Source: a virus | Lineage: Duplodnaviria; Heunggongvirae; Uroviricota; Caudoviricetes | DNA: 64,000 bases | Virus record (IMG/VR): IMGVR_UViG_3300021426_000008 | Strand: one strand, 5' to 3' | Part shown: positions 39,096 through 49,919 of the stretch, one piece after another | How the letters are laid out: each line of letters starts with the position of its first letter | Numbering within the stretch: the stretch's first letter is position 1 | Made by a program: the position numbers and the translations under genes | Notes under the pieces: generated by a model | The model's database searches: none | What the model was told of the DNA's origin: nothing | The model's input: the letters and a program-made list of their open reading frames with translations, nothing else

Positions 39096-41226
39096 TCACC
39101 TCCATATCTCCTGACCACGTACCATCAAAAGTCCAGTGGTTTCTTAATATATAAACTGGCATTTCCGCAGTAAATTGTGTTTGAATTACTCCATAATCAC
39201 CTGCGTTTACCAAAGGCTCTCCTCTACCTGTATAAGTATATTTGAATTTCTTTTTATACCATTCTAAATATTTACGTTTAATATATTCTGAAGTATTGTT
39301 CACTGTTATATCATATTGCATAATTTGTGTGTTTAATACTAAACTATCACTTGTAACATTTCTTTCTTGTATAGTTTTTATTTCTATTGGGTATCCTATA
39401 ATCTCAACTTTAACTTCTTCTCCACCTGAAAAACCTATCAATGAAATAAGCCCACGTTTACTATAAAGTCTGATAGTACCAAGTGATATAGCTTGCAAAA
39501 CAGATTGTGAATTTTCGTCTGAAAGTCTTGCTCCTATTACATATGCGTCACTATAAGTTATTTCATTACTTACAGATGTGCAGGTAGCTGTAGTTATAAC
39601 TTTACAATGACTGTATACATTACCAGTAGTTATAGCGGAATTATTTGCTACAAAATTGTCTATGTCACCGGATTGTTCTAATCCTGCATAATATTTTGGC
39701 ATTGATATTTGCGATAAATTATTTATAGTATTCAACTGTTCAGCAGCAGGTATACTTTCAAAATCTGTATAATGCCAAGTATATGAATTTGTGAATGTAG
39801 TAGGGTCTGATATATTCAAATTAGCGAATTTAATATGTCCATTATCCTTTATCAAAAGTGTAGCTCCTACTGAGAAAGCTAGCAACTGTAATACTTCTTT
39901 ACAAGTTACTTCTGGGATAGGTACGTTAATACGGTAATCACCGAAATTAGTACCATTAACGTCAGTTGAAAACTCAACTGAATTTAAGTCAAACCCTTCA
40001 TAAACTAATATATCATTTACTATTTCAGCTACTCTACGTTCGTCATTTGGGTATATATCTGTTGTATAAGTTTCTTCCATTACGTCTAAAAGTGAACCGC
40101 AGGTGAATGTCGCACTTTCGTCTGCATTCGCTGATACATCCATAAGTCTTAATTCTTTCCAACTATCCCATTCAATTTCAACACCTTCACCTAATTCATA
40201 ATTGATTACTGGAAAAGCATTTGCTCTTTTTACGGTTGCAACTCCTACATAACGCGTAACTGGGTTTCCGTCTTTGTCCACAACTGGATTTCCTTCGTCG
40301 TCATACACTTGCTGTTCAACCGTAGTATATTCAAATTCATCTTCCATTTTTACAGTACCGTCTTGATTATATTCGTAACCAAATACATTATATCCATTTC
40401 TAAATCTAATTCTAGTTTGTCGAGTTAAGTTTATATAACCGTTTTCTGGATTATCTATATTATAAAATCCGTCATAGTTATTTACGTCAAAACTAAACGT
40501 CCTTGAAGGTAGTGTATCGCATACGTACGAAGTTTTATCGTCAAAGTCCACATTTAATACGGCGTCTTGGTCTAAATAAATTGTTTTACCAAACATTATT
40601 GTACTTACACGAATTCTTCTATGTCTAAATCTAGTTTTAACAAATTCTATTTCTAAATAACTAATATTATTTGTATTTATTTCAAAATTAACAGAAGGTA
40701 AAGTTTCAAGTATATGCGACCCACTTGTATCCTCCCATTCAATTCTTTCTGTGAATGTAGCAACTTCTGTGTCACTTGCGTTATAGCAGTGAACTATAAT
40801 GCTTTTTGGATAAGCACTAGGTACAGCAGGATTTAGCATTACCGAAAAATTTTCAATGTTACTTACGTGAGCTAAATTTACTTTCATTTTAGGATTAGTT
40901 TCAAATTCTCCATTTTCATCAGAAACACTTTCTGAAACATATCCGTCAATCGGTGTACCTTGATACACAATAAATCGACCATCTAATAACCATAAGTTTT
41001 CTTCTAATGTGGCTACTGTCCCACTGTTGTATTTATCTAAATCTGTAACAGCGTCAATATTACAAATACTCAATTTATCAGTTGAAGTTACACTACTGAT
41101 TTGAATATTTGTATCTGGTGTATACATTATTATATCAATGTAGCCTTCTTTTCTAGTCCTAGCTTTTAAGTGATTTTCAAAATCTACTTTATCCAAATTT
41201 CCATACGTATCTCTATGAACCGCCAT
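39082..41226 (-). CDS. Tail protein (distal tail / baseplate-like)
   Basis: 714 aa, sits between the TMP and the B-repeat protein. Call rests on position. Confidence 0.4.
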   Translation of the reverse strand: MAVHRDTYGNLDKVDFENHLKARTRKEGYIDIIMYTPDTNIQISSVTSTDKLSICNIDAVTDLDKYNSGTVATLEENLWLLDGRFIVYQGTPIDGYVSESVSDENGEFETNPKMKVNLAHVSNIENFSVMLNPAVPSAYPKSIIVHCYNASDTEVATFTERIEWEDTSGSHILETLPSVNFEINTNNISYLEIEFVKTRFRHRRIRVSTIMFGKTIYLDQDAVLNVDFDDKTSYVCDTLPSRTFSFDVNNYDGFYNIDNPENGYINLTRQTRIRFRNGYNVFGYEYNQDGTVKMEDEFEYTTVEQQVYDDEGNPVVDKDGNPVTRYVGVATVKRANAFPVINYELGEGVEIEWDSWKELRLMDVSANADESATFTCGSLLDVMEETYTTDIYPNDERRVAEIVNDILVYEGFDLNSVEFSTDVNGTNFGDYRINVPIPEVTCKEVLQLLAFSVGATLLIKDNGHIKFANLNISDPTTFTNSYTWHYTDFESIPAAEQLNTINNLSQISMPKYYAGLEQSGDIDNFVANNSAITTGNVYSHCKVITTATCTSVSNEITYSDAYVIGARLSDENSQSVLQAISLGTIRLYSKRGLISLIGFSGGEEVKVEIIGYPIEIKTIQERNVTSDSLVLNTQIMQYDITVNNTSEYIKRKYLEWYKKKFKYTYTGRGEPLVNAGDYGVIQTQFTAEMPVYILRNHWTFDGTWSGDMEVIALD

Positions 41227-41245
41227 AACTTACCTCCTTTCTATT

Positions 41246-41773
41246 TTAGTATCCCATATCAATTAAATTACATTTGACGTCTTTGTACCATATTGGACGT
41301 TTTGCGTATAAATAGTTTCCTCCAGCTGTGTACTTTATCGTTTCCCATTCACACGGGGTGGCTTCAAAGTCACCCCAGTAGAATTTTCTTTTTATAAATT
41401 GTTCATATTCATCATCCCAATACCATAACTCACATTCAAATTTTGCAATTTGTTTTTTTAACCAATTTACGTCATACCTTGATAAATATGGCCAATATAA
41501 ATTTTCAAATTTGTTAAGTCTACGATTTATTGTTTGTGATACCACTTGTCCATTAGCGTTTCTTGTAGACTTAACTAATTGTTCAGATTTTTCTTGATAG
41601 CCTATTGCTGGGTTATTCACTGTATTCCAATATGGATGAGAAGGGTCATATTTTGAATAATCTTCAGTTAAACGATTTCCATATGGGTCGTGGAAATAAA
41701 AATTTTCTCTATTTATAATCAACAATGGTGCAAATGAATTTACTTTTGGGCATATTCCTGAATGTATATCCAT
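41246..41773 (-). CDS. Tail component, hypothetical
   Basis: Immediately downstream of the TMP. Confidence 0.35.
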   Translation of the reverse strand: MDIHSGICPKVNSFAPLLIINRENFYFHDPYGNRLTEDYSKYDPSHPYWNTVNNPAIGYQEKSEQLVKSTRNANGQVVSQTINRRLNKFENLYWPYLSRYDVNWLKKQIAKFECELWYWDDEYEQFIKRKFYWGDFEATPCEWETIKYTAGGNYLYAKRPIWYKDVKCNLIDMGY

Positions 41774-41789
41774 AACCTTCTACCTCCTT

Positions 41790-44700
41790 TTATCTTGCAT
41801 AAACTCTATTGTTTAATACATTATTTTTTATTCTATTATTAGCTCTTTCAACTGTTGCCACTAAATCAGAACCTCTTTGTACGAACTGACCTTTAACTGG
41901 TATACCTTGGTTTACTTGATTGCTGATTTGAGCAACTTGTTGTACTAAATTATTTATCGCACTTTCCATTCCAGAGTTATTTTGTGGTTGATATGGTTGA
42001 TTATATTTTTTAGGTATAACAGCTTCTCCTTGGTGTAAGTAAGCTAATCCGTCATTTGGTACATAATTTGTACCAACTGCGTATGTTCTTACTGTGAATT
42101 TACCTTTTTTAGCTTCTTCTTCATATTTAGCTTCACCATTATACGTCCACGTTTTTGCATTACCAAATGAGAATATTTCTGCAATAGTATCTCCAACTCC
42201 TTGCCAAAAACCTTGATGTTGTTGTATTATTGCGTCTATACTATTCATTTCTTGTTGGAATTTTTGTTGAGTATCTGCGCCAACACCTTCAAGTAAAGAT
42301 TTTTTAACGTCGTCGCTTGATTCCTGCCATATCTTTGATAATTCTTGTAGTTCTTTATCAGTAACAGCGTTATATTCAGCCATTTTCTGTCTTTGGTCTT
42401 GTGTTAGATTTTGAAGTAAATTCTTTCTTTCTTCTTCTCCACCTTGTTTGTATAATTGAATACGTTTTTTAGTAGCGTCTTCTGTCGAATATACACCTTG
42501 CGCTTCCGCTACTTCAATTCTTGCGGCTGCTATTTCAAAATTACCAGCTTCTATGTCTTGAGCAATAGATAATTCCGTTTGAGCTTTCAATAGTTTCTTT
42601 TGAGCTTCTTCTAATTTTTTAGTAACCTCAGTAGTATGTTCTTGTTTTTGTGCTAAATCAGTAAGGCTTCCTGCTAATCCTGTTTCTGAACCTGTTAGCA
42701 TATCTGTAGTAAATGTACCATTTTGTGTAGCCTGTACTAATTCGTCCATACGAGATTTACTTATACCAAGTTTTTCACCTTGTTCATAAACAGCTTTTGT
42801 ACTTAGTTCCAATGATTGTTTCAATAATTGTTGCTGTTCGTCAAATATATCTACTTGGGATTGCGCACCTTTTACAGCACCTTCATAATATTCGATTTTT
42901 TGCATTTCATTATTTGCGTTTCTCGCAGCGACTTCTAATTTTTCAAACGCAGGAGCTAATGAAGTTGTAATCAATCCTGCGATTCCACCTATCGCGGCAC
43001 CTATCGCAGCACCTATTGGTCCTCCTATTGCAAGTCCTGCTAATGCTCCACCAGCTGCACCACCCAATGTACCCAGAGCTTTACCGCCAGCACCTGATTT
43101 TTTATCTTTATCTTTTGTACCACCATAGGCTTCATAACCTAAGTTATATGATTCGTCGTCGGCTACTATATCAAATCCTTTTGCTATACTAAATCCTGCT
43201 ATCGCAACACCTATTACAGCAACCAATGCTTGTGCAAATACTGCTCCAAGTGAAGCACCACCAGCTTTAAATGTACCAATCATACCTCCGCTATTAAACA
43301 TAGCTTTTATACCACGTACGAAATCACTGCCAAATTGGGTAGATGTGAACACATCCATAAATTTAGTACCAAGTTTTCCAAATATCTCTCCAATTTTACC
43401 ATTTGTTATCCAGCCCCATAATGCTTTAAGTAATGTTGGACCAGCTATTTTCAACAACTTCCACGCTAAGAATGCAGTTAATATTGAAGCTAATATTTTC
43501 TTCCAATTAGCGATTAACCATTTACCAAGTGATGTTTGTTTAAACCAATCCCAAATAGCTTTTGCTATTTTTCCTAATAACTCTAATAACATTCCAAATA
43601 TTCTACCGAAAACTTCTCCTATAGTTTTTTCACCTTTTATCAAACCAGCAAATAAATCACCGATTTCTTCTGCCATTGCTTTCCATTCATCTGATAGTTG
43701 AGGTTTATAAATATCGCCGAGTAAATCATTTTCTCCACTATTATCTGAACCAATATCGTGAAGTTCGTCAAATCCTGCTGTAACATTTGCCGCTTTTTCT
43801 AATTCTCTACGCATTTTTTCAGCATTTGCGCCAGCTTGGTCGAATAAGTCAACCGGTGTTTGTCCAAATGCTTCCTGTACTTTCATAGAAATTATATTAA
43901 AGAAGCCTATAATATTTACTAATTTTTGTGCTATCCATTCCATTGCTGGTTTTATCGCTCTTTGGAAGTTTATTTTAATTACATTCATAGTACGTTGCCA
44001 TTTTGTATCATAACTTCCAAAATCTTGAAACGCGCTTTTTATCCAACCGGTAATAGTTTTAAAAACACTTTTTATAATATTCAATGGATTTAACATACTG
44101 ATTATTTTCTTAAACCATTGACCTATACTACGAGATATTAACTGGAATGTATAATTCAAAATTTCTGCCATTCTAGTTTGAAATTTTAATGCTTTTCCAT
44201 TTTTATCTAATCCCGCATTTATATTTCTTAATATGCTATTATTATCTCTTAATACAGGAGAAGTGAATGATAATTGTCTTACTAATTTACTAAACTTTCC
44301 ACCTGTTCTTGCGATAATTTCATCATTTGCTAATAAATCGGCTTTGATTGTATCCAATACTAATTTTTCTTCTTCTAAATCAGCTAACGTTTTGAAAGCT
44401 GCACTAGATGAATCTTCTGTCAATGTTCCATCTGCGTTAAATTTAGCCTTTCCTTCTTTTTCTAAACCAGCAAGTTCAGTTTCTTTCATTTGAATATTTG
44501 CCAATACAGAATTTAACGCATTATTTATATTTCCTAATATTTGATTTAGTCCGTCTGCTTGCGCTCTTGATTTTTCAAGAGATGGCATTCCTATAAATCC
44601 AGTAAATGCACCTGCTACTTGACGTAATGGACTTCCTCCCATTTGAGCATTACGCATTTGTTTACCAGATAAAACTTTATTCAATGCTTTTGTAATAGCA

Positions 44701-47126
44701 GTAGTATCAACATCTCTGCCACCAGTCAATCTTATTTTCTGTCTTAATTCTGGGTTCTGTTCAATGCTTGCTTTGTTAGTTCTATATAGTTGCAAGATAC
44801 GTCTCATACCAGCTATATCACCAGTATCATTAGGATTTCTACCATTATTCATACCATATTGAACAATTCTTTCTGCCGCCATTTTATCTTGGTCTTCTGC
44901 TGCAGCGTTCATCACGTCTTTGTATGCCTTAGTTGCACCAGTCAAATCTCCTAATGCGTCTGCTAATTTATCCCAAACAGTTTGCTTTATTGGAGACGCA
45001 TATATTTTAGATTTTTCAACTTGTGGTTGATAATCTGGTATTACTACTCTAGGAGGAGCTGTAATATCTCCATTTTGATTACGCCTTGCTTCCTTTCTTG
45101 CATTTGACGCATTTGCTAGTCTACGTAGCATATCTTCATCATATTCAAATTTATCAGTGCCTTCTGGTCTGTCAATGTGTCTTTGTTTATCTAATACTGA
45201 AGGGTGGATAGCTTCTTTTAATGTTTTTGCAAATTCTCCCGGTATAACCGCTAACGCTTTTTTCATTGCATTTTGTACGGGTATCAATCCTAATTGTGGA
45301 TTTTCATCTTTTAATCCATCTGAGATTTTCTTTCTTCTTCCGTCTGGTTTTGGTAATCCTAATATTTTACTTGGGTCAGCTAATTTTTTATATAAATCTT
45401 TTGTACTAATAGGTAATTCTATTTTAGAAGTAATGTCTTTTGCTTTACCTAAATTATTACGTATATCTTCCACTATTCCAATAAGTTTATTAGCAGTTGT
45501 ATCAGTATTGAAACCACTAACTTCGTCTGCTTTTACTGCTCGTGCAGTGTCTTTGTTTATATCTCTATTTACTTCTTCTACTTTTATTTCTTTTGCCATA
45601 TCTGTATCAGATTTGACATTTGCGTTTTTATCATAAACAGTTTGAACATTTGTAGCTTTTGTACCAGCTTTTACTGCATTAGTGGTATTTTTAGATTCTC
45701 GCACAAGTCTATTTACTTCTTGGTCTAATTTACTACCAGAGCCTTGTTTAGTCGAAGACACATTTGTACCATTTAATATTCGGTCTACTTCTTTACTTGC
45801 AGCTCTAGGGTCTATTCTTGCTAATACTTTTAATTGACGTAATTCTTCTGCTGATACGTTAACTAATTGTTCTCCTACTTTTACTACTTTATCAGCAAAA
45901 CCAGTCTCTAATTTTTCTTTGAATGTTTTTATCATTCCAATAATAGCTCTTTGTGCTTGACGATGACCTTCACCTGCACCTGTTTTTCCGCCATCAGTTA
46001 TACCAATCGTACCATCTGTATTAAAATATCTATGAAATGTTTTATTTAACGCTAGTAATATAGCGTCATAACCACCTTTACCGTTTTTCTCAGATTGTAA
46101 AGTAGCTTCAAGATATTTATTGAATTGGTCTATACTAGCGTCAGGACGGTTAGCCTCTAATCCTCCTAATATTTTAGCAAGTTCATTTGAAATTAAATTA
46201 GCTGTTTCATCTGCTTTCTGTTTATCTGAAATGTTATTTTTATTTTTTCCATAATATACGTCATCTTCATATCTAGTTTCTATTTGTCCATTTTTCTTTT
46301 TTTCTTGTATTTGACGTTTTATAGGCATTCCATTTGTAAAGGCTTTCGCATAATCATTTGCGATATTTTCGCTAAGATATGTTTTTAAACTTTTCTTCAT
46401 CCATTTAACTGCCGCTAATTCACTTAACTTCATTTGTCGAGCATAATTACTTGGATATGGTCCTCCACGGTCACTTGCTTTGAGTGTTTTATCTGTTGCT
46501 ACACCACCTTCAAATCCTACATAACGTTTGTATCCTTTTGGTTCAGCTTGCTTTATTCCACTCAAACGTCTTCTTCGTTCACTTTGAATATTAGATTCTA
46601 TTTCTTCATCTGTTATACCGTGATAAGACTTTTTAGTTTTTGCTTTTTGTTGTGCTTTTACTTTTTGTGTTTGTTTTATTTGAGCCTTTTGTTGAGTATT
46701 AACTTGTTTTCTTAAATCGTTTACGAAATCTTGATAATCACTTAACATTTGTCTCAAATTATTATTGGCATTAGCAATAATATCGCTACCTTTATATTTG
46801 GCGGTTTTTTTACCAAACTTATCAATTTGGGTCTTAAAATCTTTTATATCTTTTAATGTTAAAGAGACGCTTTCGTCAGCCATCTGTTGTGCTTTTTTGT
46901 AGATGGCGGCGTAAGCGTCTTTTATTTCTTGATTTATCTCTTTACCGTTTTTGAACTTACCGTCTATCGTTGCAGGAAGCGTAATAACTCCGTCTTTACC
47001 ACCATAAATAGATGATTTTAATTTTGATTGTACGGCTTTAACCAATTTATCAACCGAATCACTAACACTAGCTTCATCTGGTTTAACACCTAACAACGCA
47101 TAAAGAGATTCTATTTCTTCATTCAT
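41790..47126 (-). CDS. Tape measure protein
   Basis: 1778 aa, extensive coiled coil, Gly/Ala-rich hydrophobic segment (GGAAGGALAGLAIGGPIGAAIGAAIGGIAGLI). Follows the chaperone-like genes. Confidence 0.8.
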   Translation of the reverse strand: MNEEIESLYALLGVKPDEASVSDSVDKLVKAVQSKLKSSIYGGKDGVITLPATIDGKFKNGKEINQEIKDAYAAIYKKAQQMADESVSLTLKDIKDFKTQIDKFGKKTAKYKGSDIIANANNNLRQMLSDYQDFVNDLRKQVNTQQKAQIKQTQKVKAQQKAKTKKSYHGITDEEIESNIQSERRRRLSGIKQAEPKGYKRYVGFEGGVATDKTLKASDRGGPYPSNYARQMKLSELAAVKWMKKSLKTYLSENIANDYAKAFTNGMPIKRQIQEKKKNGQIETRYEDDVYYGKNKNNISDKQKADETANLISNELAKILGGLEANRPDASIDQFNKYLEATLQSEKNGKGGYDAILLALNKTFHRYFNTDGTIGITDGGKTGAGEGHRQAQRAIIGMIKTFKEKLETGFADKVVKVGEQLVNVSAEELRQLKVLARIDPRAASKEVDRILNGTNVSSTKQGSGSKLDQEVNRLVRESKNTTNAVKAGTKATNVQTVYDKNANVKSDTDMAKEIKVEEVNRDINKDTARAVKADEVSGFNTDTTANKLIGIVEDIRNNLGKAKDITSKIELPISTKDLYKKLADPSKILGLPKPDGRRKKISDGLKDENPQLGLIPVQNAMKKALAVIPGEFAKTLKEAIHPSVLDKQRHIDRPEGTDKFEYDEDMLRRLANASNARKEARRNQNGDITAPPRVVIPDYQPQVEKSKIYASPIKQTVWDKLADALGDLTGATKAYKDVMNAAAEDQDKMAAERIVQYGMNNGRNPNDTGDIAGMRRILQLYRTNKASIEQNPELRQKIRLTGGRDVDTTAITKALNKVLSGKQMRNAQMGGSPLRQVAGAFTGFIGMPSLEKSRAQADGLNQILGNINNALNSVLANIQMKETELAGLEKEGKAKFNADGTLTEDSSSAAFKTLADLEEEKLVLDTIKADLLANDEIIARTGGKFSKLVRQLSFTSPVLRDNNSILRNINAGLDKNGKALKFQTRMAEILNYTFQLISRSIGQWFKKIISMLNPLNIIKSVFKTITGWIKSAFQDFGSYDTKWQRTMNVIKINFQRAIKPAMEWIAQKLVNIIGFFNIISMKVQEAFGQTPVDLFDQAGANAEKMRRELEKAANVTAGFDELHDIGSDNSGENDLLGDIYKPQLSDEWKAMAEEIGDLFAGLIKGEKTIGEVFGRIFGMLLELLGKIAKAIWDWFKQTSLGKWLIANWKKILASILTAFLAWKLLKIAGPTLLKALWGWITNGKIGEIFGKLGTKFMDVFTSTQFGSDFVRGIKAMFNSGGMIGTFKAGGASLGAVFAQALVAVIGVAIAGFSIAKGFDIVADDESYNLGYEAYGGTKDKDKKSGAGGKALGTLGGAAGGALAGLAIGGPIGAAIGAAIGGIAGLITTSLAPAFEKLEVAARNANNEMQKIEYYEGAVKGAQSQVDIFDEQQQLLKQSLELSTKAVYEQGEKLGISKSRMDELVQATQNGTFTTDMLTGSETGLAGSLTDLAQKQEHTTEVTKKLEEAQKKLLKAQTELSIAQDIEAGNFEIAAARIEVAEAQGVYSTEDATKKRIQLYKQGGEEERKNLLQNLTQDQRQKMAEYNAVTDKELQELSKIWQESSDDVKKSLLEGVGADTQQKFQQEMNSIDAIIQQHQGFWQGVGDTIAEIFSFGNAKTWTYNGEAKYEEEAKKGKFTVRTYAVGTNYVPNDGLAYLHQGEAVIPKKYNQPYQPQNNSGMESAINNLVQQVAQISNQVNQGIPVKGQFVQRGSDLVATVERANNRIKNNVLNNRVYAR

Positions 47127-47152
47127 ATTTACTACCTCCTACAACCTATATT

Positions 47153-47365
47153 TTAATCAATACGTTTTTTTACGGATTGATTTACTTTCTTTTCATAATC
47201 CTCCCTCAACCATTCTGGCATAGGAGCCTTCGGTCTTTTTTCAAACAATTCAGACATAGCTTCTTCCATCTTAACGGGATAAGTTTTCGCACCAAATGCG
47301 GCTCTGTTCATACTACCCATACGCCAAATTTTATAAGCTAATCCTTCTCGTTTGTACTTTAGCAT
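47153..47365 (-). CDS. Hypothetical small protein (tail assembly region)
   Basis: ORF. Confidence 0.35.
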   Translation of the reverse strand: MLKYKREGLAYKIWRMGSMNRAAFGAKTYPVKMEEAMSELFEKRPKAPMPEWLREDYEKKVNQSVKKRID

Positions 47366-47501
47366 AAATAATAATTCCTTACAAGAATAATCATATAAGT
47401 CTCGTAATTCACTACCTTGTTTTACTAACTCAGCATATATATCGTGAACAACGTGAAATCCTGCTATAGGGTCATATTCATTTTCTCCTTCATCAATCCA
47501 C

Positions 47502-47855
47502 TTATTTATTCCAAGTTTTTTCGCTAGCTTCTGTACTGGGTGTCATAGGTATTTCTTGCTCTTTCTGTACTAAGCCTGATTTTTGAACTATCTCATTTAG
47601 ATAATTCTCAGCTAGCTCTTGCATTCCATATTCTTTTAATAATGCGTCAAATAAATCCCCTTCGTCTGCATATTTTACTTTACACGCTTGGCTTGCACAG
47701 GCATAGAATAAATTAACCATTGTTGTAAAGTCTGGATTTTGGAATGCTTCAAATATATTCTTACCTAATTTTTTTTCTAAGTATAAAATACTTGAACTCT
47801 TTAATTTGAATTCATACTCTACACCTTCAATTTTAATGATTACTACATTATCCAT
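47502..47855 (-). CDS. Putative tail assembly chaperone
   Basis: Position between the major tail protein and the TMP, 117 aa, acidic. Confidence 0.4.
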   Translation of the reverse strand: MDNVVIIKIEGVEYEFKLKSSSILYLEKKLGKNIFEAFQNPDFTTMVNLFYACASQACKVKYADEGDLFDALLKEYGMQELAENYLNEIVQKSGLVQKEQEIPMTPSTEASEKTWNK

Positions 47856-47869
47856 AATTTCAATCCTCC

Positions 47870-47925
47870 TATTTAATAAAATGGTGGGTGTAAACGCCCG
47901 AAGATTGACCTGGCTAAACTGACCA
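47870..47925 (-). terminator. Possible attenuating terminator after the major tail gene
   Basis: GC-rich stem (GGTGG...CCACC) followed by AUUUUAUU on the minus strand. Imperfect stem. Confidence 0.3.
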
Positions 47926-47946
47926 CCTAAGTTTAGTTTTATTTAA

Positions 47947-48471
47947 TTAAAGACTATTTTGATTTGGTAATGACACTTTTATATCACTTCTTACGTCGTG
48001 ATAGATACTGAATTTTTCAATATCTTGTTGAGCGTCAGCTGTATAGCTTATGCTACAAGTTGCGTCATATTCAATTATTACTCCTGAAGCCTTATATACT
48101 ATCCAGTGAGCTTTAACTTTAGGGTCAGCGTCAGCCATTTCTTTAACGCTTCTTAGGTTATGAGCAACCCCAGCGTTATCTTTGAAGCTCATCATATTGA
48201 TTTCATATGTAACTTCTGCGGCTGGTTGTAATCCTAAAACTGATGTTTCTGATTTAGTATTATCTAATGTTGTTGTATCTATTGTATTTGGTTGTCCACC
48301 AAAATCTGGTGTTGAAGCCAAACCGTAAACTCTTGTATATCCACCTAAAGCAGTGTCTAGGTCTGATTGGTTATAAGAGCCTGCGTTTCCAACAAATCTA
48401 CCAACGTGGTCTTTGCTAAAATATAACGCAGTACCAAGTGTGGCTACTTGAATTTTTGCATCTGGATCCAT
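47947..48471 (-). CDS. Major tail (tube) protein
   Basis: 174 aa, upstream of chaperone and TMP. Composition typical of a siphovirus tube protein. Confidence 0.5.
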   Translation of the reverse strand: MDPDAKIQVATLGTALYFSKDHVGRFVGNAGSYNQSDLDTALGGYTRVYGLASTPDFGGQPNTIDTTTLDNTKSETSVLGLQPAAEVTYEINMMSFKDNAGVAHNLRSVKEMADADPKVKAHWIVYKASGVIIEYDATCSISYTADAQQDIEKFSIYHDVRSDIKVSLPNQNSL

Positions 48472-48523
48472 AATATTACCTCCTATAAAATATTTTCCTT
48501 AACAAAGTATTTAGTTCAGTGGA

Positions 48524-48907
48524 CTATCTTAATGTCCCTTCTAAAGTATTTGCTTGTGCGTATGCAGTTAACATACATTCGCGATAGCCTGTGTCTGGTG
48601 TAATAGGACTATCTTGAGTTGTAGGTCTAAATCTTAATTCGCCTAATTTTTCACATATAGCGTCTAGGTAATCATCAAATTGCTTTTGTGTACCACCTTT
48701 TGTAGATAAATACCCAATTACAGAAATAGTATATTGTTCATTATCATAAGATAAATCTCTGTGATTTAAACTAGTTCTGATGTCATATCCAAAATAATAT
48801 CTACCTTTTTCAACCATTTCTTGAGGTATAATGATACCAGTTTCCAAACCTTCGATTTCGGTTAACTTACTTTGTATCATTACACGAAGATTGTTCACTA
48901 ATCTCAT
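48524..48907 (-). CDS. Neck / tail-completion protein (putative)
   Basis: Position. Confidence 0.35.
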   Translation of the reverse strand: MRLVNNLRVMIQSKLTEIEGLETGIIIPQEMVEKGRYYFGYDIRTSLNHRDLSYDNEQYTISVIGYLSTKGGTQKQFDDYLDAICEKLGELRFRPTTQDSPITPDTGYRECMLTAYAQANTLEGTLR

Positions 48908-48919
48908 TTAATCTACCTC

Positions 48920-49579
48920 CTATTTTTTATATTTCTGTTTTCTAACATAATTTTTAAGATTTAAACTATCAATAAAACCTTTCATTTGAAGCGAAGTGTG
49001 CATTTCAAATAAATGTGCTGGTGTTGGATAATTATAAGCGGTTGGTCTTTCAGCTTCTTCGTTATAAAACCAATAATGACCTCCACCTCTGGTGCCTTCT
49101 CTTAACCATTCATATACCTGTGTAGCAGTGATAGTTTTATCTCTATGACCGTCATTAGGATATGGGTCTGGTTTTATAATAATACTAACTTTGCTTTCAT
49201 ATTTACTTTTCTTCTCAATTTTAGTATCAATGGCTCCTTCAAGAATACCAGTATGTTTATATGAAAGCGTTTTACGGCTTAATCTTTTTCTATCTTCACC
49301 ATATTTACCTTTATTTTTTTCAGCTTCTTCGGCTTTTTTAGCTTTGTTATATTCAACCTTTTCTTGCTCGCCTCTAGCTCTTGGGTAATATGACGCAACT
49401 ACATTTGCTTTATGTGTTTCTTTTAATTTATCAGCTACAACCTGTTCAAGATTTATTCTCATATCTTCGGCTTCTTTCATTAACTTTTTAGTTATATTCA
49501 CAGTGACTTTTTGTTGCCACCTACCGAAGTTATCTCTATAATGTGAGTTAGCCATAAAATCACCTCCATTGTATATCAA
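48920..49579 (-). CDS. Head-tail joining protein (putative)
   Basis: Position. Confidence 0.3.
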   Translation of the reverse strand: MIYNGGDFMANSHYRDNFGRWQQKVTVNITKKLMKEAEDMRINLEQVVADKLKETHKANVVASYYPRARGEQEKVEYNKAKKAEEAEKNKGKYGEDRKRLSRKTLSYKHTGILEGAIDTKIEKKSKYESKVSIIIKPDPYPNDGHRDKTITATQVYEWLREGTRGGGHYWFYNEEAERPTAYNYPTPAHLFEMHTSLQMKGFIDSLNLKNYVRKQKYKK

Positions 49580-49892
49580 TATATAACGGAGTAACCTTCA
49601 CAACAGCGTACTTATTTCCTTTCCACTCAACTAAATACTTTGTTAAGTTGTCTGGAGAATTATTTGTTTTCTCCAATAAAAATGGTTCTAAGTCATTGTA
49701 TATAGATTTGAAGCGGTATGTTTTGTCAAGGTTAGCACCGTATGCACTTTGAGCAATCTCATCTGACGCAAGGTATTGCACAGCTCCGTCAGCGTGGAAT
49801 ATATCTTCATATTCTTCGATTAAGTCACCGTCCGCACCTCTTGTAGATTTAAGATTATAAAGTACGACCGGTGTTAACTTTGACAATAACAT
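49560..49892 (-). CDS. Head-tail connector/adaptor (putative)
   Basis: Position, 110 aa. Confidence 0.3.
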   Translation of the reverse strand: MLLSKLTPVVLYNLKSTRGADGDLIEEYEDIFHADGAVQYLASDEIAQSAYGANLDKTYRFKSIYNDLEPFLLEKTNNSPDNLTKYLVEWKGNKYAVVKVTPLYIDIQWR

Positions 49893-49919
49893 AACCTTTT
49901 CTCCTTTACTTACAATTTA

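Noticed and set aside
43345-46715. Four plus-strand ORFs inside the tape-measure gene
   Set aside because: Antisense to a 1778-aa gene with clear TMP features. The peptides are low-complexity.
47153-47855. Programmed -1 frameshift between the two tail-chaperone-like ORFs
   Set aside because: The ORFs are separated by a 136-nt gap with in-frame stops. There is no overlap or slippery site.
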